Assembly (NCBI GenBank): GCA_049840735.1
Contig: JASGJN010000022.1
Location: 288,001-352,000, forward strand
Length of the DNA stretch: 64,000 nucleotides
Source of the DNA: Anaeromyxobacter sp.
GTDB taxonomy: Bacteria; Myxococcota; Myxococcia; Myxococcales; Anaeromyxobacteraceae
Reading direction: 5' to 3'
The notes beneath the pieces were generated by a model. It had not been told where the DNA came from. It saw nothing but the letters and a program-made list of their open reading frames with translations, and ran no database searches. The position numbers and the translations under genes were made by a program. Below, piece by piece: positions 39,565 through 51,672 of this stretch (the stretch's first letter is position 1; every line of letters starts with the position of its first letter).

Positions 39565-39568
<4 letters not shown>
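38246..39568 (+). CDS. cobA: Fusion of a NadR-like P-loop (AAA_28-type) domain and uroporphyrinogen-III C-methyltransferase
   Basis: N-terminal [25 protein letters not shown]....DGVR; C-terminal [43 protein letters not shown]. Confidence 0.88.
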
Positions 39569-40103
<535 letters not shown>

Positions 40104-40104
<1 letters not shown>

Positions 40105-41463
40105 TGCGCGCCGCAATCCCTGCGCTGGTGCTGGGCGCGGCCTCGAGCGGGAGCGGCAAGACCACCCTGGCGGTGGCGCTCTGCGCCGCGCTGCGGGCGC
40201 GCGGGCTGCGCGTCGCCCCCTTCAAGTGCGGGCCGGACTACCTCGACCCCGGCCATCACGCCCGCGCAGCCGGCGCGGCCAGCCACAACCTCGACGGCTG
40301 GATGATGGGCGAGGAGGCGGTAAGGGCCACCTTCGCCCGCGCCGCGGCCGGCGCCGACGTGGCGGTGGTCGAGGGCGTGATGGGGCTCTTCGACGGCGCC
40401 GGTCCGGCCACCGACGCAGGGTCCACCGCCGAGATCGCCCGCTGGCTGGGGGCCCCGGTGGTCGCGGTCCTGGACGCGTCGGGCATGGCGCGGACCGCGG
40501 CGGCGGTGGCGCAAGGCCTGGCCGGCTTCGATCCGCGGGATCCGGGTGGGCGCGCTGGTCTGCAACCGCGTGGGGAGCCGCGGCCACCTCGAGCTCTTGC
40601 GCGAGGCGGTGACCGGACCGCCGGTGATGGGCGGCCTCCCGGCCCGCGACGAGCTGGCCTTCCCGGAGCGTCACCTGGGGCTGGTCACCGCCGCCGAGGC
40701 GCTGCCGGACGAGCGGATCCGCGCCTGGGGCGCGCTGGCCGAGGAGTGGCTGGACCTGGACGCGCTCCTGGCGCTGGCCAGCACGGCCGCGCCGGTCGAG
40801 GCCCCCGGGGCGCCTGCCTCCGTCATGGGGCGCCGGTGCCGGATCGGCGTGGCCCAGGACGAGGCCTTCCACTTCTACTACGCCGACAACCTGGCCCGGC
40901 TGGAGGCGCTCGGCGCGGAGCTGGTGCCGTTCTCGCCGGTGCGCGACGCCTGGCTCCCCGAGGTGGACGGGCTGCTCCTGGGCGGCGGCTATCCGGAGGA
41001 GCACGCTGGCGCGCTGGAAGCGAACAGGTCCATGCGCGAGGCGATCCGCGGCTTCGCGGCGGCGGGGCGGCCCATCTACGCCGAGTGCGGCGGCCTCATG
41101 TACCTGGCCACCGCGCTCCGCGGCCGCGACGGGCGCGAGCACCAGATGGTGGGGCTGGTGCCCGGCGTGGCGGTGGTGCGCGACCGGCTCCAGGCGCTGG
41201 GCTACGCCGAGGTGACCACGCGGGCCCCCTCGCTGCTCGGCCCGGCCGGCCTGGTCTTCCGCGGCCACCAGTTCCGCTACTCCGAGCTGGAGGTCGATCC
41301 CGCCGTCGAACGCGTCTACCAGCTCGCGCGACGGCGGGGTGCGCCGCTGCTGGAGGGGTACCGGGTGGGCTCGGTGCTCGCCTCGTACGTGCACGCCCAC
41401 TGGGCCTCCTGCCCCGAGGTGGCCCGGGCGCTGGTCGAGGCCTGCGCGAGGAGATCGCCGTGA
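40104..41463 (+). CDS. cbiA: Cobyrinate a,c-diamide synthase CbiA/CobB (apparent frameshift at ~40538)
   Basis: [54 protein letters not shown]. Confidence 0.93.
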
Positions 41464-42017
41464 ACGAGGTGATCCTGGTGGGCGGCGGCGTGCGGTCGGG
41501 CAAGAGCGCCTTCGCGCTCGGGCTGGCGCGGCGCCTGGGCGCCCGGCGCGCCTTCGTGGCCACCGCCCAGGCGTTCGACCGCGAGATGGAGGAGCGGATC
41601 GCCGCCCACCGCGCCGAGCGCGCCTGCGGGTTCACCACCATCGAGGAGCCGCTGGACCTGCCACGCGCGTTCGCCGCCGCCGCCGAGGGGGGCGCCGAGG
41701 TGGTGGTGGTGGACTGCCTCACGCTCTGGCTCTCCAACCTGGTGCTGCGCGGCGACTCGGCCGCGCAGGCCGCCGCAGAGGTGGAGCGCCTGGCGCAGGA
41801 GCTGGCCCGGCGCCGCCTCCACGCCGTCGTCGTCACCAACGAAGTCGGCATGGGAGTGGTGCCCGAGCACGCCCTGGGCCGCCTCTTCCGCGACGTCGCC
41901 GGCCGGGCGCACCAGCGCCTGGCCCGCGACGCCGATCGCATCTACCTCGCCGCGCTGGGGTGCGTCCTGCGCCTCCGCCCCAACCCCGTCACACTCGCCA
42001 ACCCTGAGGAACCATGA
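41460..42017 (+). CDS. cobU: Adenosylcobinamide kinase/adenosylcobinamide-phosphate guanylyltransferase
   Basis: [41 protein letters not shown]. Confidence 0.95.
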   Translation: MNEVILVGGGVRSGKSAFALGLARRLGARRAFVATAQAFDREMEERIAAHRAERACGFTTIEEPLDLPRAFAAAAEGGAEVVVVDCLTLWLSNLVLRGDSAAQAAAEVERLAQELARRRLHAVVVTNEVGMGVVPEHALGRLFRDVAGRAHQRLARDADRIYLAALGCVLRLRPNPVTLANPEEP

Positions 42018-43073
42018 CCCTGCTCGATCAGACCCTCGCCGCCCTCCCCGAGCCCGATGCGTCCGCCGCCGCCGAGGCCCAGCGGCGCCTCGATCTCAAG
42101 ACCAAGCCGCGCGGCAGCCTCGGGCGCCTGGAGGCGCTGGCGTGCCGCCTGGCCGCCGTGCAGGGCACGCCCGCGCCGCACGCCGAGCGGAAGGCGGTGG
42201 TGGTGATGGCCGCCGACCACGGGGTGGCCGAGGAGGGCGTCTCCGCCTTTCCGCAGGAGGTCACCGCCCAGATGGTGGCCAACTTCGCCCGCGGCGGCGC
42301 CGGCATCAACGTGCTGGCCCGGCAGGCCGGCGCGCGCGTGGTGGTGGTGGACATCGGCGTGAAGGCGCCCATCGCGGGTCTGCCTGGCGTGCTCGACCGC
42401 CGCGTCGCGCCCGGCACGCGGAACCTGGCGCGCGGCCCGGCCATGACGCGGGCGGAGGCGGTGCGCGCGCTGGAGGCCGGGATCGAGGTGGCGGTCGGGC
42501 TCGCCGGGGAGGGGGTGGACGTGATCGCCATCGGTGAGATGGGGATCGCCAACACCACCGCCGCGAGCGCGCTGACCTCGGCCTTCACCGGCGCGGCCGC
42601 GGACGAGGTCACCGGCCGCGGGACCGGGATCGACGCGGCGGCCCACGCGCGCAAGGTGGCGGTGGTGAGCCGGGCGCTGGCGGCGAACCCGGTCGAATCC
42701 GGCCGATCCGCTGGGCACGCTGGCGGCGCTGGGCGGGCTGGAGATCGCCGGCATGGCGGGCGTGGTGCTCGGGGCGGCCGCCCGCCGCGTGCCGGTGGTG
42801 GTGGACGGCTTCATCGCCAGCGCGGCGGCGCTGGCGGCGGTGCGGCTGGCCCCCCGCGCCGCCCATGCGCTCATCGGCGCCCACCGCTCGGTGGAGGCCG
42901 GCCACCGCGCCGTGCTCCAGGCGCTCGACCTGCGGCCGCTGCTCGACCTGGACCTGCGGCTGGGCGAGGGAACGGGCGCGGCCCTGGCGCTCCACCTGGT
43001 GGAGGCGGCGGTCCGGATCCTGGTCGAGATGGCCACCTTCGAGGCCGCCGGCGTGAGCGACGCGGAGCGCTAG
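42014..43073 (+). CDS. cobT: Nicotinate-nucleotide--dimethylbenzimidazole phosphoribosyltransferase (apparent frameshift at 42695)
   Basis: [55 protein letters not shown]. Confidence 0.95.
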
Positions 43074-43078
43074 CCGCC

Positions 43079-44017
43079 ATGCTCGCCGCCTCGCTCCACG
43101 CCGGCGCGGTCCTGGCCGCCGCCCTCCTGATCGACGCGCTGGCCGGGGAGTTCCCGGCCCGCCTCCACCCGGTCGTGTGGATGGGGCGGGTGATCACGCT
43201 GCTGGAGCGGCGGGCGCCGCGCAAGGGGCGGGCGCTGCCGTTCCTGTACGGCCTGGGCATGGCCCTCGCCGTCCCGGCGCTCTTCGCCGGCGGCGCCGCG
43301 CTCGCGATCCGGGCCGCGCGGGGCCAGCCGCTCCTGGCGGTGCTGGTCGAGGCCCTGCTCCTCAAGTCCGCCTTCGCGGTGCGCGCGCTGGGCGAGGCCG
43401 CGGCGGAGGTGGCGAGCGCGCTGCAGGCGGGCGAGCTCGACCGGGCCCGCGGCGCGCTGCGCGCCCTCTGCAGCCGCGACCCCGCCACCCTGGAGGCCGG
43501 GCAGGTGGCGGCGGCGGCGGTCGAGTCGGTGGCCGAGAACGCCTCGGACAGCGCGGTCGCGCCGCTGCTCTGGTGGGCGCTCCTGGGCGTCCCGGGCGCG
43601 ATCGCCTACCGGGCCCTCAACACGCTCGACGCGCGGATCGGATATCACGGTAGGTACGAGTGGCTGGGGAAGGCCTCCGCCCGGCTGGATGACCTGGCCA
43701 ACCTGGTGCCGGCCCGGGTCACCGCGGCGCTGCTCCTGGGCGCTGGCGCCGTCCGGGGCGGGTGCGTGCGGCGCGGCCTGGCCATCCTGCGCCGCGACGG
43801 GGCCAGGACCGAGAGCCCCAACGCCGGCCGTCCCATGGCGGCCATGGCCGGGCTGCTCGGGGTCGAGCTGGCGAAGGAGGGACACTACCGGCTGGGCGAT
43901 CCGGGCGCGCCGGTGGACGCGGGCACCATCGGCGCGGCCTGGCGACTCTCCGCGACCGCGGCCCTGGGGGCGGCCATCGCGGCCTTCCTGGTGGCGGGGG
44001 CGCTCCATGGCGCGTGA
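43079..44017 (+). CDS. cbiB: Adenosylcobinamide-phosphate synthase CbiB
   Basis: [50 protein letters not shown]. Confidence 0.94.
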   Translation: MLAASLHAGAVLAAALLIDALAGEFPARLHPVVWMGRVITLLERRAPRKGRALPFLYGLGMALAVPALFAGGAALAIRAARGQPLLAVLVEALLLKSAFAVRALGEAAAEVASALQAGELDRARGALRALCSRDPATLEAGQVAAAAVESVAENASDSAVAPLLWWALLGVPGAIAYRALNTLDARIGYHGRYEWLGKASARLDDLANLVPARVTAALLLGAGAVRGGCVRRGLAILRRDGARTESPNAGRPMAAMAGLLGVELAKEGHYRLGDPGAPVDAGTIGAAWRLSATAALGAAIAAFLVAGALHGA

Positions 44018-45285
44018 CGGTGGCGGCCATTCAGGACCTGGGCTTCGACTTCGCGAGCCCTGCGGGCTCGCTACGCCCAGCCCGAACGGTGCTGGAGAGA
44101 CCGCTCGCCCTGAGCCCTTCGACTTCGCGTCCGCTCCGCGAACGCTACGCTCAGGGCAGGCGGAGTCGGAGGGCGCCGCTGGAACGGCTGGCCTCGTCAG
44201 CGCGTGGGCTCGATGCGCTGGTCCGGCGGTGCCGTTGTCCGCCCGGGTCCACGGCGGGCGCAAGGTGGCGGAGCTCGCGGCGCTCGGGCTGGACCCTTCC
44301 GCCGTGCTCGACCTGAGCGTCAACGTGAACCCCTACGGCCCGGCGCCGGCCGTGGTGGCGGCGGTGCGCGCGGCGCCGCTGGAGGCCTACCCGGACCCTT
44401 CCGCCAGCGCGGTGCGCGCCGCGCTGGGCGCGCGCTGGGGGCGGGCGCCGGAGGAGGTCCTGTTCGGGAATGGCGCGGCCGAGCTCCTGTGGGACCTGGC
44501 GCGTCACCTGGCCAGGACCGGCGCGCGGACCCTGCTGGTGGAGCCGGCCTTCTCCGAGCTCCGGGTGGCGCTGGCGGCCGCGGGCGGCGACGCGTGCGAG
44601 TGGCGCGCTTCACCCGAGCGCGGGCTCGCCCTCGAGCTCGACGCCATCGGCGAGGCGCTGGTCCGGAGCGGTGCGCGGGCCGCCTACCTGGCCGCGCCGA
44701 CCAGCCCGGGCGGCGCGGCGGTGCGCTCGGAGCACGTGGCGGCCCTGGCCCGCGCCCACCCCGAGGTGTTGCTGGTGCTGGACGAGTCCTTCCTGGCCCT
44801 CTCCGACGGGCACGCCGACCTCGAGCGCCCGCTGCCCGCCAACCTGGTCCGGCTCCGCTCGCTCACCAAGGAGCACGCCATCCCCGGGCTCCGGGTGGGC
44901 TACCTGCTGGCCGCGCCGGAGCTGGTGGCGGCGCTGGAGGCGGCGCGGCCGACCTGGTCCACCAGCGCCCCCGCGCAGGCGGCCGCGCTCGCCGCCCTCG
45001 GCGAGGAGGCGTTCGTGGCCGATAGCCGCGAGCGGCTGCGCCTCGAATCGCGAGGCCACGCGCGAGGGGCTGGAGCGGCTGGGGCTGGCGCCGCTCCCCT
45101 CGACGGCGCCCTACCTGATCTTCCCCGTCCCCCGCGCGGCCGCGCTGCGCGCCCGCCTGCTCTCCCGCGGCGTGCTGGTGCGCGACTGCGCGTCCTTCGG
45201 GCTTCCCGGCTATCTTCGCGTGGCGGCGCGCCCCGGGTCCGAGCGCGCCCGCCTGCTCGCCGCCCTCTCCCAGGAGCTCGCATGA
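44007..45285 (+). CDS. cobD: L-threonine-O-3-phosphate decarboxylase (class I/II PLP enzyme); start 44007 or GTG 44229; apparent frameshift at 45045
   Basis: [57 protein letters not shown]. Confidence 0.88.
44040..44175. repeat. Cluster of structured REP-like repeats: one full copy (44040-44089) plus a nested double copy (44101-44175)
   Basis: GGGCTTCGACTTCGCGAGCCCTGCGGGCTCGCTACGCCCAGCCCGAACGG, then CCGCTCGCCCTGAGC[CCTTCGACTTCGCG..CGCTACGCTCAGGG]..CGGAGTCGGAGGGCG. Confidence 0.82.
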
Positions 45286-46821
45286 CCGCCGCCGTCCTGA
45301 TGGTGCAAGGCACCGCCTCCTCCGTGGGCAAGAGCCTGGTGGTCACCGGTCTTTGCCGGCTGTTCCGCCGCGCCGGCCTCCGCGTGGCGCCGTTCAAGGC
45401 GCAGAACATGGCCCTCAACTCGGCCGTGGCGGCGGACGGGGGCGAGATCGGGCGCGCGCAGGCGGTGCAGGCGGAGGCCGCCGGGATCGACCCCACGGTG
45501 GACATGAACCCGGTGCTGCTCAAGCCCGAGGGCGAGGCTCGCGCGCAGCTGGTGGTGAACGGCCGGCCCGCCGGTAGCTACAGCGCGGGCGAGTACCACG
45601 GCCGCAAGGTGGAGCTGCGCGCCGCCGTCCGCGCCGCGCTGGGTCGGCTGCGGGAGCGGGTCGACCTGGTGATCATCGAGGGCGCAGGCAGCCCGGCCGA
45701 GGTGAACCTCAAGGACCGGGACATCGTGAACATGGACGTGGCGAAGGCGGCCGGCGCCCGGGTGCTGCTGGTCGGGGACATCGACCGGGGCGGCGTGTTC
45801 GCCGCGTTCGTGGGGACGCTGGAGCTGCTCGAGCCGGAGGAGCGCGCCCTGGTGGCCGGCTTCGTCGTGAACAAGTTCCGCGGCGACGTGCGCCTGCTCG
45901 AGCCCGGGCTGGACTTCCTCGCGGCGCGCACCGGGGTGCCGGTCGCCGGGGTGCTCCCGTTCCTGCGCGGGCTCCGCATCGCCGAGGAGGACTCGGTCTC
46001 GCTCGACCAGCGGCGACGCACCCGGCGCGCCGCGCCCGGGGAGCTGGAGAATCGCGGTGGTGCGCCTTCCGCGCATCTCCAACCACGACGAGCTGGACCC
46101 GCTCGAGCACGAGCCGGGCGTGGTGCTGCGCTTCGTGGAGCGGCCGGAGGAGCTCGCCGGCGCCGACCTGGTGATCCTGCCGGGCTCCAAGGCCACCGCG
46201 GCCGACCTGGCCTGGCTGCGGGCCAGCGGCCTGGCCGACGCGGTGATGTCGCGGGCCGGGCGGGGTGACCTGGTGCTCGGGATCTGCGGCGGCTTCCAGA
46301 TGCTGGGGCGCGCGCTGCTCGATCCCGACGGCGTGGAGGGGCAGGAGCCGGAGGTGCCCGGGCTCGGGCTCCTGCCGGTGGTCACCACCTTCCGCCGCGA
46401 GAAGACCACCGCGCGCGTGCTCGGCGCGCTCGAGCCCTCGGCGCTCTTCGCGGCCGGGGCGGCCCGAGGCTACGAGATCCACATGGGCGAGGTGCAGCGG
46501 CTGGAGGGGGCACCGCCGGCCCTCCGGCTCACCGCGCGCAACGGCGAGCCCTGCGACATCGAGGACGGGGCGGTGTCGCCCGGCGGCGCCGTGGTGGGGA
46601 CGCTGGTCCACGGGCTGCTCGAGGACGACGCGGTCCGCGCCGGCCTGCTGGCGCGCCTGCGGGCCCGCCGCGGCCTCCCCGCGCCGGCGTCCCCGCCCGT
46701 CGCCACCCGCGAGGAGGAGTACGACCGGCTGGCGGATGCGCTGGCGGCGCACCTCGACTGGACGCTGCTCTGCTCGGCGGCGGGGCTGCCCGCGCTCCCC
46801 AGGCCGGGGGCGCGGACGTGA
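45282..46821 (+). CDS. cobQ: Cobyric acid synthase CobQ/CbiP (apparent frameshift at 46049)
   Basis: [63 protein letters not shown]. Confidence 0.95.
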
Positions 46822-47546
46822 GGCGGCTCGCCGTCGCGGCGTCGTTCCTCACCGCCCTGCCGCTGCGCGTGGACGCGGACGCGTGCGACGTGGGCCGGTC
46901 CACCGCCTGCTTCCCGCTGGTGGGCGCCGCGCTGGGGGCGGCGCTGGCCGGGTTGGCGGCCCTGCTCGCCCGCGCGCTGCCGTCGCCGCTGGTGGCGGTG
47001 CTGCTGGTGGCGGCCTCGGCGATGGCCACCGGCGCGCTGCACCTCGACGGCATGGCCGACACCGCCGACGGCCTGGGCGGCGGACGCGACGCCGAGCACG
47101 CCCTGCGCATCATGAAGGACCACGCGGTGGGCGCCTACGGCGCGACGGCGCTGGTGCTGGCGCTGCTGGTGAAGGCGACCGCGCTCCAGGCGCTGATCGC
47201 GGAAGGGCGCGCCATGACCTGGCTGCCGGTGGCCGGCGCGCTGTCCCGCTGGATCGTGGTCCCGCTGGCGCGGCTCCCCAGCGCGCGGCCGTCCGGGCTC
47301 GGCGGCTCGATCGCGGCGCACGTGGGAAGGGCCGAGCTCGCCGCTGCGTCGGCGCTGGCCGCGGGCTTGGCGCTGGGGCTGGGCGGAGCGAGGGGCGCGG
47401 TGGTCGCTGCGGCGGTGGCGGCGCTCGGCGCAGCCTGCGGCGCGCTCTTCCGGCGGCGCCTGGGCGGCGTGACCGGCGACACGCTGGGCGCCTCGGCGGA
47501 GCTCTCCGAGGCGCTGGCGCTGGTGCTGGCGGTGGGGCTCCGGTGA
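46818..47546 (+). CDS. cobS: Adenosylcobinamide-GDP ribazoletransferase
   Basis: FLT.LP, FPLVG, TGALHLDGMADTADG, LRIMKD..VGAYG, GGVTGDTLGA..E. Confidence 0.95.
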   Translation: MRRLAVAASFLTALPLRVDADACDVGRSTACFPLVGAALGAALAGLAALLARALPSPLVAVLLVAASAMATGALHLDGMADTADGLGGGRDAEHALRIMKDHAVGAYGATALVLALLVKATALQALIAEGRAMTWLPVAGALSRWIVVPLARLPSARPSGLGGSIAAHVGRAELAAASALAAGLALGLGGARGAVVAAAVAALGAACGALFRRRLGGVTGDTLGASAELSEALALVLAVGLR

Positions 47547-48169
47547 TCGGCGCGCCGCCGGAGGGCGCCGCGCGGCTGGTGCTGCTGCGCCACTGCCAGG
47601 CGGAGGTGCCCCCCGGCGTGCTGTGCGGCCGGCTCGACCCGCCGCTCTCGATTGCAGGCGGCGCGCACGCCGCGAGGCTCGCCGCCGCGCTGGCCGGCCT
47701 GCGGGGCGCGACCGTCCACGCCAGCCCCGCCCGCCGCGCGCAGGAGACGGCGGCCCCCATCGCGCGCGCCCTGGGCATCGAGGTCGAGGTCCAGCCCGCG
47801 CTGCGCGAGGTCGACTTCGGATCGCTGGAGGGGCTCACCTGGCAGCAGGCCGCGGCTGCGCATCCGGAGGTCTGCCGGACGTGGCTCGCGCGCCCCGAGG
47901 AGGTCCGCTTCCCTGGGGGCGAGGGATACGGGGAGGTGCAGGACCGCGCGACGGCCGCCGTCGAGGCCATCGCGCGCGGGCGTGAAGGTGCGACGGCGGT
48001 CGTGGTCGCGCACGCCGGGGTGAATCGGGCCGTGCTGGCCTGGGCGTTGGGTGCGCCGCCCGCGACCGCCTTCCGGCTGGAACAGCGGCACGGGGCGATC
48101 AACGTGCTGGAGCGGTTCGGCGACGGGACCTGGGTCCTGCGGCTGGCGAACGGCGCCGAGCTGGCGTGA
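47543..48169 (+). CDS. cobC: Histidine phosphatase, probable alpha-ribazole phosphatase
   Basis: LLRH, SPARRA.ETA, LREVDFG..EG, FPGGE, VAHAGV; last gene of the cob operon. Confidence 0.82.
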   Translation: MIGAPPEGAARLVLLRHCQAEVPPGVLCGRLDPPLSIAGGAHAARLAAALAGLRGATVHASPARRAQETAAPIARALGIEVEVQPALREVDFGSLEGLTWQQAAAAHPEVCRTWLARPEEVRFPGGEGYGEVQDRATAAVEAIARGREGATAVVVAHAGVNRAVLAWALGAPPATAFRLEQRHGAINVLERFGDGTWVLRLANGAELA

Positions 48170-48246
48170 CGGACGCGATCATCCACGGCGACTCGACCCG
48201 ACGCCAAGCGCGGCCCCTGAGGCCGAGGAAGGGAGCGGCCCGTCCC

Positions 48247-48645
48247 TCAGGGCCGGTCGGCGCGGCGCGCGAACGCGACCACGTTCCCGCCCGGATCGGT
48301 GCAGTAGCCGACCTCGTCTCCCCAGTCGCGCGGGGTCACGGGCGAACGCAGCGTGCCGCCGTACTCCACGGCGCGGGAGAGCGCAGCAACCGGGTCCGCC
48401 ACCGTGACGTAGAGCTCGGTGGGCCGGATGCCGCCCGCCGGCGACGCCGGGGCCCCGCCCACGTTCCGGGCGTAGGCGTCACGCTGGTAGAGCCCGAGCC
48501 GTGCGCCGCCCTCTCCGGCGAGCTCGACGTAGACGGGGACGTCCACCTCGCGCCGCCAGCCGCACGCCGCCTCGTAGAACCGGGCGGTGAGCTCCAGCTC
48601 CTCCACCGCCAGGATCACCAGCCCGAGCCGTCCGGAGGGGATCAT
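48247..48645 (-). CDS. VOC/glyoxalase family protein
   Basis: ILAVEELELTARFY, ELYVTV.D, RDWGDEVGY..DPGGN. Confidence 0.88.
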   Translation of the reverse strand: MIPSGRLGLVILAVEELELTARFYEAACGWRREVDVPVYVELAGEGGARLGLYQRDAYARNVGGAPASPAGGIRPTELYVTVADPVAALSRAVEYGGTLRSPVTPRDWGDEVGYCTDPGGNVVAFARRADRP

Positions 48646-48805
48646 GAGCGAGCCCCCGCCACCGCGGCGACCGCCGAGAGCACGATGGGGAGCCACGGGA
48701 GCGAGAGCGATGACATGGGGGCCTCACGAGGGGGAGCGCGGAGCCGATTCTAGAGCGCCCTCCGGAAGCGGCGCCACACGGCGACGGACGGGATAGATTG
48801 CCCGG

Positions 48806-49787
48806 GTGTCCCGGACCATCTCCCCCAGCGTCGAGTACCTGGCCCGCATCCACCGCGTGCAGGACCACATCGAGCGCCACCTGACCGGGGAGCTCCGGCT
48901 GGAGGACCTGGCCCGCGTGGCCTGCTTCTCGCCGTTCCACTTCTCGCGCATCTACGCCGCGGTCACGGGAGAGACGCTGCGGGAGTTCATCCTCCGGCTG
49001 CGGGTCGAGCGCGCGGCCGCGCAGCTGCGGACCCGGCCGGAGCAGAGCGTGACCGGGATCGCGCTCGACTGCGGGTTCGGCGGCTCGGCCGCCTTCGCGC
49101 GCGCCTTCCGCGCCGCCTTCGGGGTCACCGCCTCGGACTGGCGCAAGCAGGGCAAAGCGCTGCGCAAGCCGGGTGAAGCGGATCGCAGCCCGGGGCAAGT
49201 CTCCCCTGGCGCCGCGGCCTACGTTGCCGGCGTCGGCGAGGCGCCGGATGGTCCGGAGGTCGCCGGCGACGGAGGTGTCTCCATGAAGGCGGTGAAGACG
49301 AAGGCGGCGGACGAGGTGAAGGTGGTGGAGCGGCCCGCGACGACCATCGCGTACGTCCGGCACGTGGGGCCGTACGCCGGCGACGCGGCGCTCTTCCAGC
49401 GGCTCTTCGGCCGGGTGTACCAGTGGGCCGGTCCACGCGGACTGGTGGGGCCGGACGCGCCGGTGGCGATCTACCACGACAATCCCGGCGTGACGGCCCC
49501 CGAGAAGCTGCGCCTCAGCGTCGGGATCCCGGTGCCGGCCGGCACGGCGCCGGAGCGCGACGTGGGCATGATGGAGCTCCCCGCCGGCCGGTACGTCGCG
49601 GCCCGGTACGAGCTCGAATCCCGTCGAGTACAGCGCCGCGTGGGCGTGGCTGTGTGGCACCTGGCTGCCGTCCAGCGGGTACCAGCCCGACGACGGTCCC
49701 GCGTTCGAGCGCTACCTCAACGACCCCGCGCAGGACCCGCAGGGCAAGCACGTGGTGGAGCTGTGCTTCCCGGTGAAGCCGCTCTGA
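48806..49787 (+). CDS. AraC family regulator with C-terminal GyrI-like domain (apparent frameshift at 49616)
   Basis: LARVACFSPFHFSRI, IALDCGF..SAAFARAF, RHVGPY, YHDNP, ERYLNDP. Confidence 0.9.
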
Positions 49788-49891
49788 CGCGAGGACCGCC
49801 GGCCGCGTCCGCTCCGGCGGGCGCGGCGGCGCTGGCGTCGTCCGCCTCGAGCCCCTGGTCGTGCTGAAGGGGTGACGAGGAGGCCCGTCGT

Positions 49892-50356
49892 TCAAGCCTC
49901 GGCGCGCGTGGCGTGCTCCGCCAGCGCGCGATCAGCCACGCTCACGTGCCTGACGAGCCAGTCGAAGAGCAGCTCGCGCAGCGCGACGACCGTGCCGTGC
50001 TCGAGCGGCCGGGCAGCGAGGCCGGCGGCCAGCGTCCGGAGCCGCTGCTCCAGGGCGAGGTGTTCCCCCGCATGTCCGGTAGCGTCGGGATACCCGAGCG
50101 TCTCCATCAGGCGCTCCTCGGTCGCGAAGTGGTCGTGGCAGGCGCTGCATAGGGCCTGCGCGATCGTCCCGATCTTCTCGAGCTCCTGGCCGGAGATCAG
50201 GGCGTCGAAGAGCGTGTCGGCGCAGTCGTAGATCTGGGCATGCTGCCCGTCCATGACCGAACAGCCCACCTCGAGCGGGCGCTTGCTGCAAGGTGGCGCC
50301 GGGGGTCGCTCATCGCAGGGGTTCGTTGACGGTGTCACCGCAGGTTGACGCGTCAT
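49892..50356 (-). CDS. Hemerythrin-like protein (start uncertain; alternative 50254)
   Basis: VG..MDGQH, HFATEERLM..GYP...H..EH, WLVRHV..AD. Confidence 0.82.
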   Translation of the reverse strand: MTRQPAVTPSTNPCDERPPAPPCSKRPLEVGCSVMDGQHAQIYDCADTLFDALISGQELEKIGTIAQALCSACHDHFATEERLMETLGYPDATGHAGEHLALEQRLRTLAAGLAARPLEHGTVVALRELLFDWLVRHVSVADRALAEHATRAEA

Positions 50357-50371
50357 GAGGGGTGACAAGGA

Positions 50372-50387
50372 AGCACGCGCTGTGCCA
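50372..50387 (-). promoter_or_regulatory. Sigma-54 promoter candidate
   Basis: TGGCAC-AGCGC-GTGCT, one mismatch to TGGCAC-N5-TTGCW, pointing at the hemerythrin gene. Confidence 0.45.
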
Positions 50388-50628
50388 GCCGGTACGCTCG
50401 CCACCCGTCGCGGATTCGGCGGTCCGGGCCGGTCCAGCCGGCGGTCGGAGGTCGGACAATGGGCGCAGCCGCGGGTGGATGGCTCGATGCCGGAGTGACG
50501 AGCGCACCAGGGCGGCTGACCCGTGTCCGCGGGGCCCCGCACGCAGGGCTGAGGGAGCGACCAGGGCCGCTTGCCCCTCGGCCGCGTGGCTTTCCCGGAT
50601 GCGGCGAGAGAGTACGATTTCGAAGTCA

Positions 50629-51624
50629 ATGACGGCGGACTCCGCAGACCGCTCGCAGCGCGCGCCCCTGCCCGGGGCCGGCGCGGCGTCGGGCGTCGCG
50701 CAGCCGGTGGACGGCATGGACATCCTGGTCGCGGACGACAGCGCGACCATCCGGGCGCTGCTCCGCGCCGCGCTGGGGCGGTGGGGGTTCCGGATCCACG
50801 AGGTGAGCGACGGCGAGCAGGCGTGGCGCGCGCTCCAGGAAGACGACGCGCCGAGCCTCGCGCTCATCGACTGGGAGATGCCGGCGCTGACCGGGCTGAA
50901 CCTGGTCCGCAGGATCAGGGCGAACGAGGCGCTCGGCGGGAAGCGCTACACCTACATCATCCTGCTGACCGCACGTCGCAGCGCGGCGGACGTGGTCGAG
51001 GGCATGGACGCCGGGGCGGACGACTACGTCTCCAAGCCCTTCAATCCCCACGAGCTCCGGGTCAGGCTTCGCGCCGGCCGCCGCGTGGTCGAGCTCCAGG
51101 CCGAGCTGTACCGGATGCAGGAGGTGCTGAGCCGGCAGACGCGGACGGACCCGCTCACCGGCTGCCTGAACAGGCGCGGCATCACGGAGCAGCTCGCCAA
51201 GGAGACGGCCAAGGTGCGGCGCCAGCCGGGCCGGTTCGCCCTGGGCATGATCGACATCGACCACTTCAAGCGCGTCAACGATCAGCATGGCCACGCCGCG
51301 GGGGACGCGGTCCTCCGGGAGCTCGTCGCGCGGGTGTCGAGGACGATCCGATCGTCCGACACCGTCGGCCGCATGGGCGGGGAGGAGTTCCTGGTCATCT
51401 GGCCCGGGCTGGACGCTGAAGACGCCCAGCGGGCCGCGGAGCGGCTCCGGGAGGCCATCGCGGCCGCGCCCTTCCAGATCGGGGAGGTGGAGCTGCCGGT
51501 CACCATCAGCATCGGGTTCGGCACCACCGACGGGGTGGAGGAGCCCGAGGCCCTCGTGAACCGGGCCGATCAGTCCCTGTACGCGGCGAAGTCGGCGGGG
51601 CGGAACCGCGTCGTGGGGGGATGA
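50629..51624 (+). CDS. Response regulator diguanylate cyclase (REC-GGDEF)
   Basis: ILVADD, DWEMP, GADDY.SKPF, DPLTG..NRR, DIDHFK..ND..GH..GD, GGEEF. Confidence 0.93.
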   Translation: MTADSADRSQRAPLPGAGAASGVAQPVDGMDILVADDSATIRALLRAALGRWGFRIHEVSDGEQAWRALQEDDAPSLALIDWEMPALTGLNLVRRIRANEALGGKRYTYIILLTARRSAADVVEGMDAGADDYVSKPFNPHELRVRLRAGRRVVELQAELYRMQEVLSRQTRTDPLTGCLNRRGITEQLAKETAKVRRQPGRFALGMIDIDHFKRVNDQHGHAAGDAVLRELVARVSRTIRSSDTVGRMGGEEFLVIWPGLDAEDAQRAAERLREAIAAAPFQIGEVELPVTISIGFGTTDGVEEPEALVNRADQSLYAAKSAGRNRVVGG

Positions 51625-51672
51625 GCGGCCCCGGCAGCGGCCGTGAGGGAGCGCGGGAGGCGCTCCAGGCGG

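Noticed and set aside
42014..44017. Apparent 667 aa CobT-CbiB fusion ORF
   Set aside because: Artefact of the 42695 indel; the corrected cobT stops at 43073 and cbiB starts at 43079.
43689..46268. Apparent 859 aa CobD-CobQ fusion ORF
   Set aside because: Artefact of the 45045 and 46049 indels; the ATGA overlap at 45282-45285 marks the real boundary.
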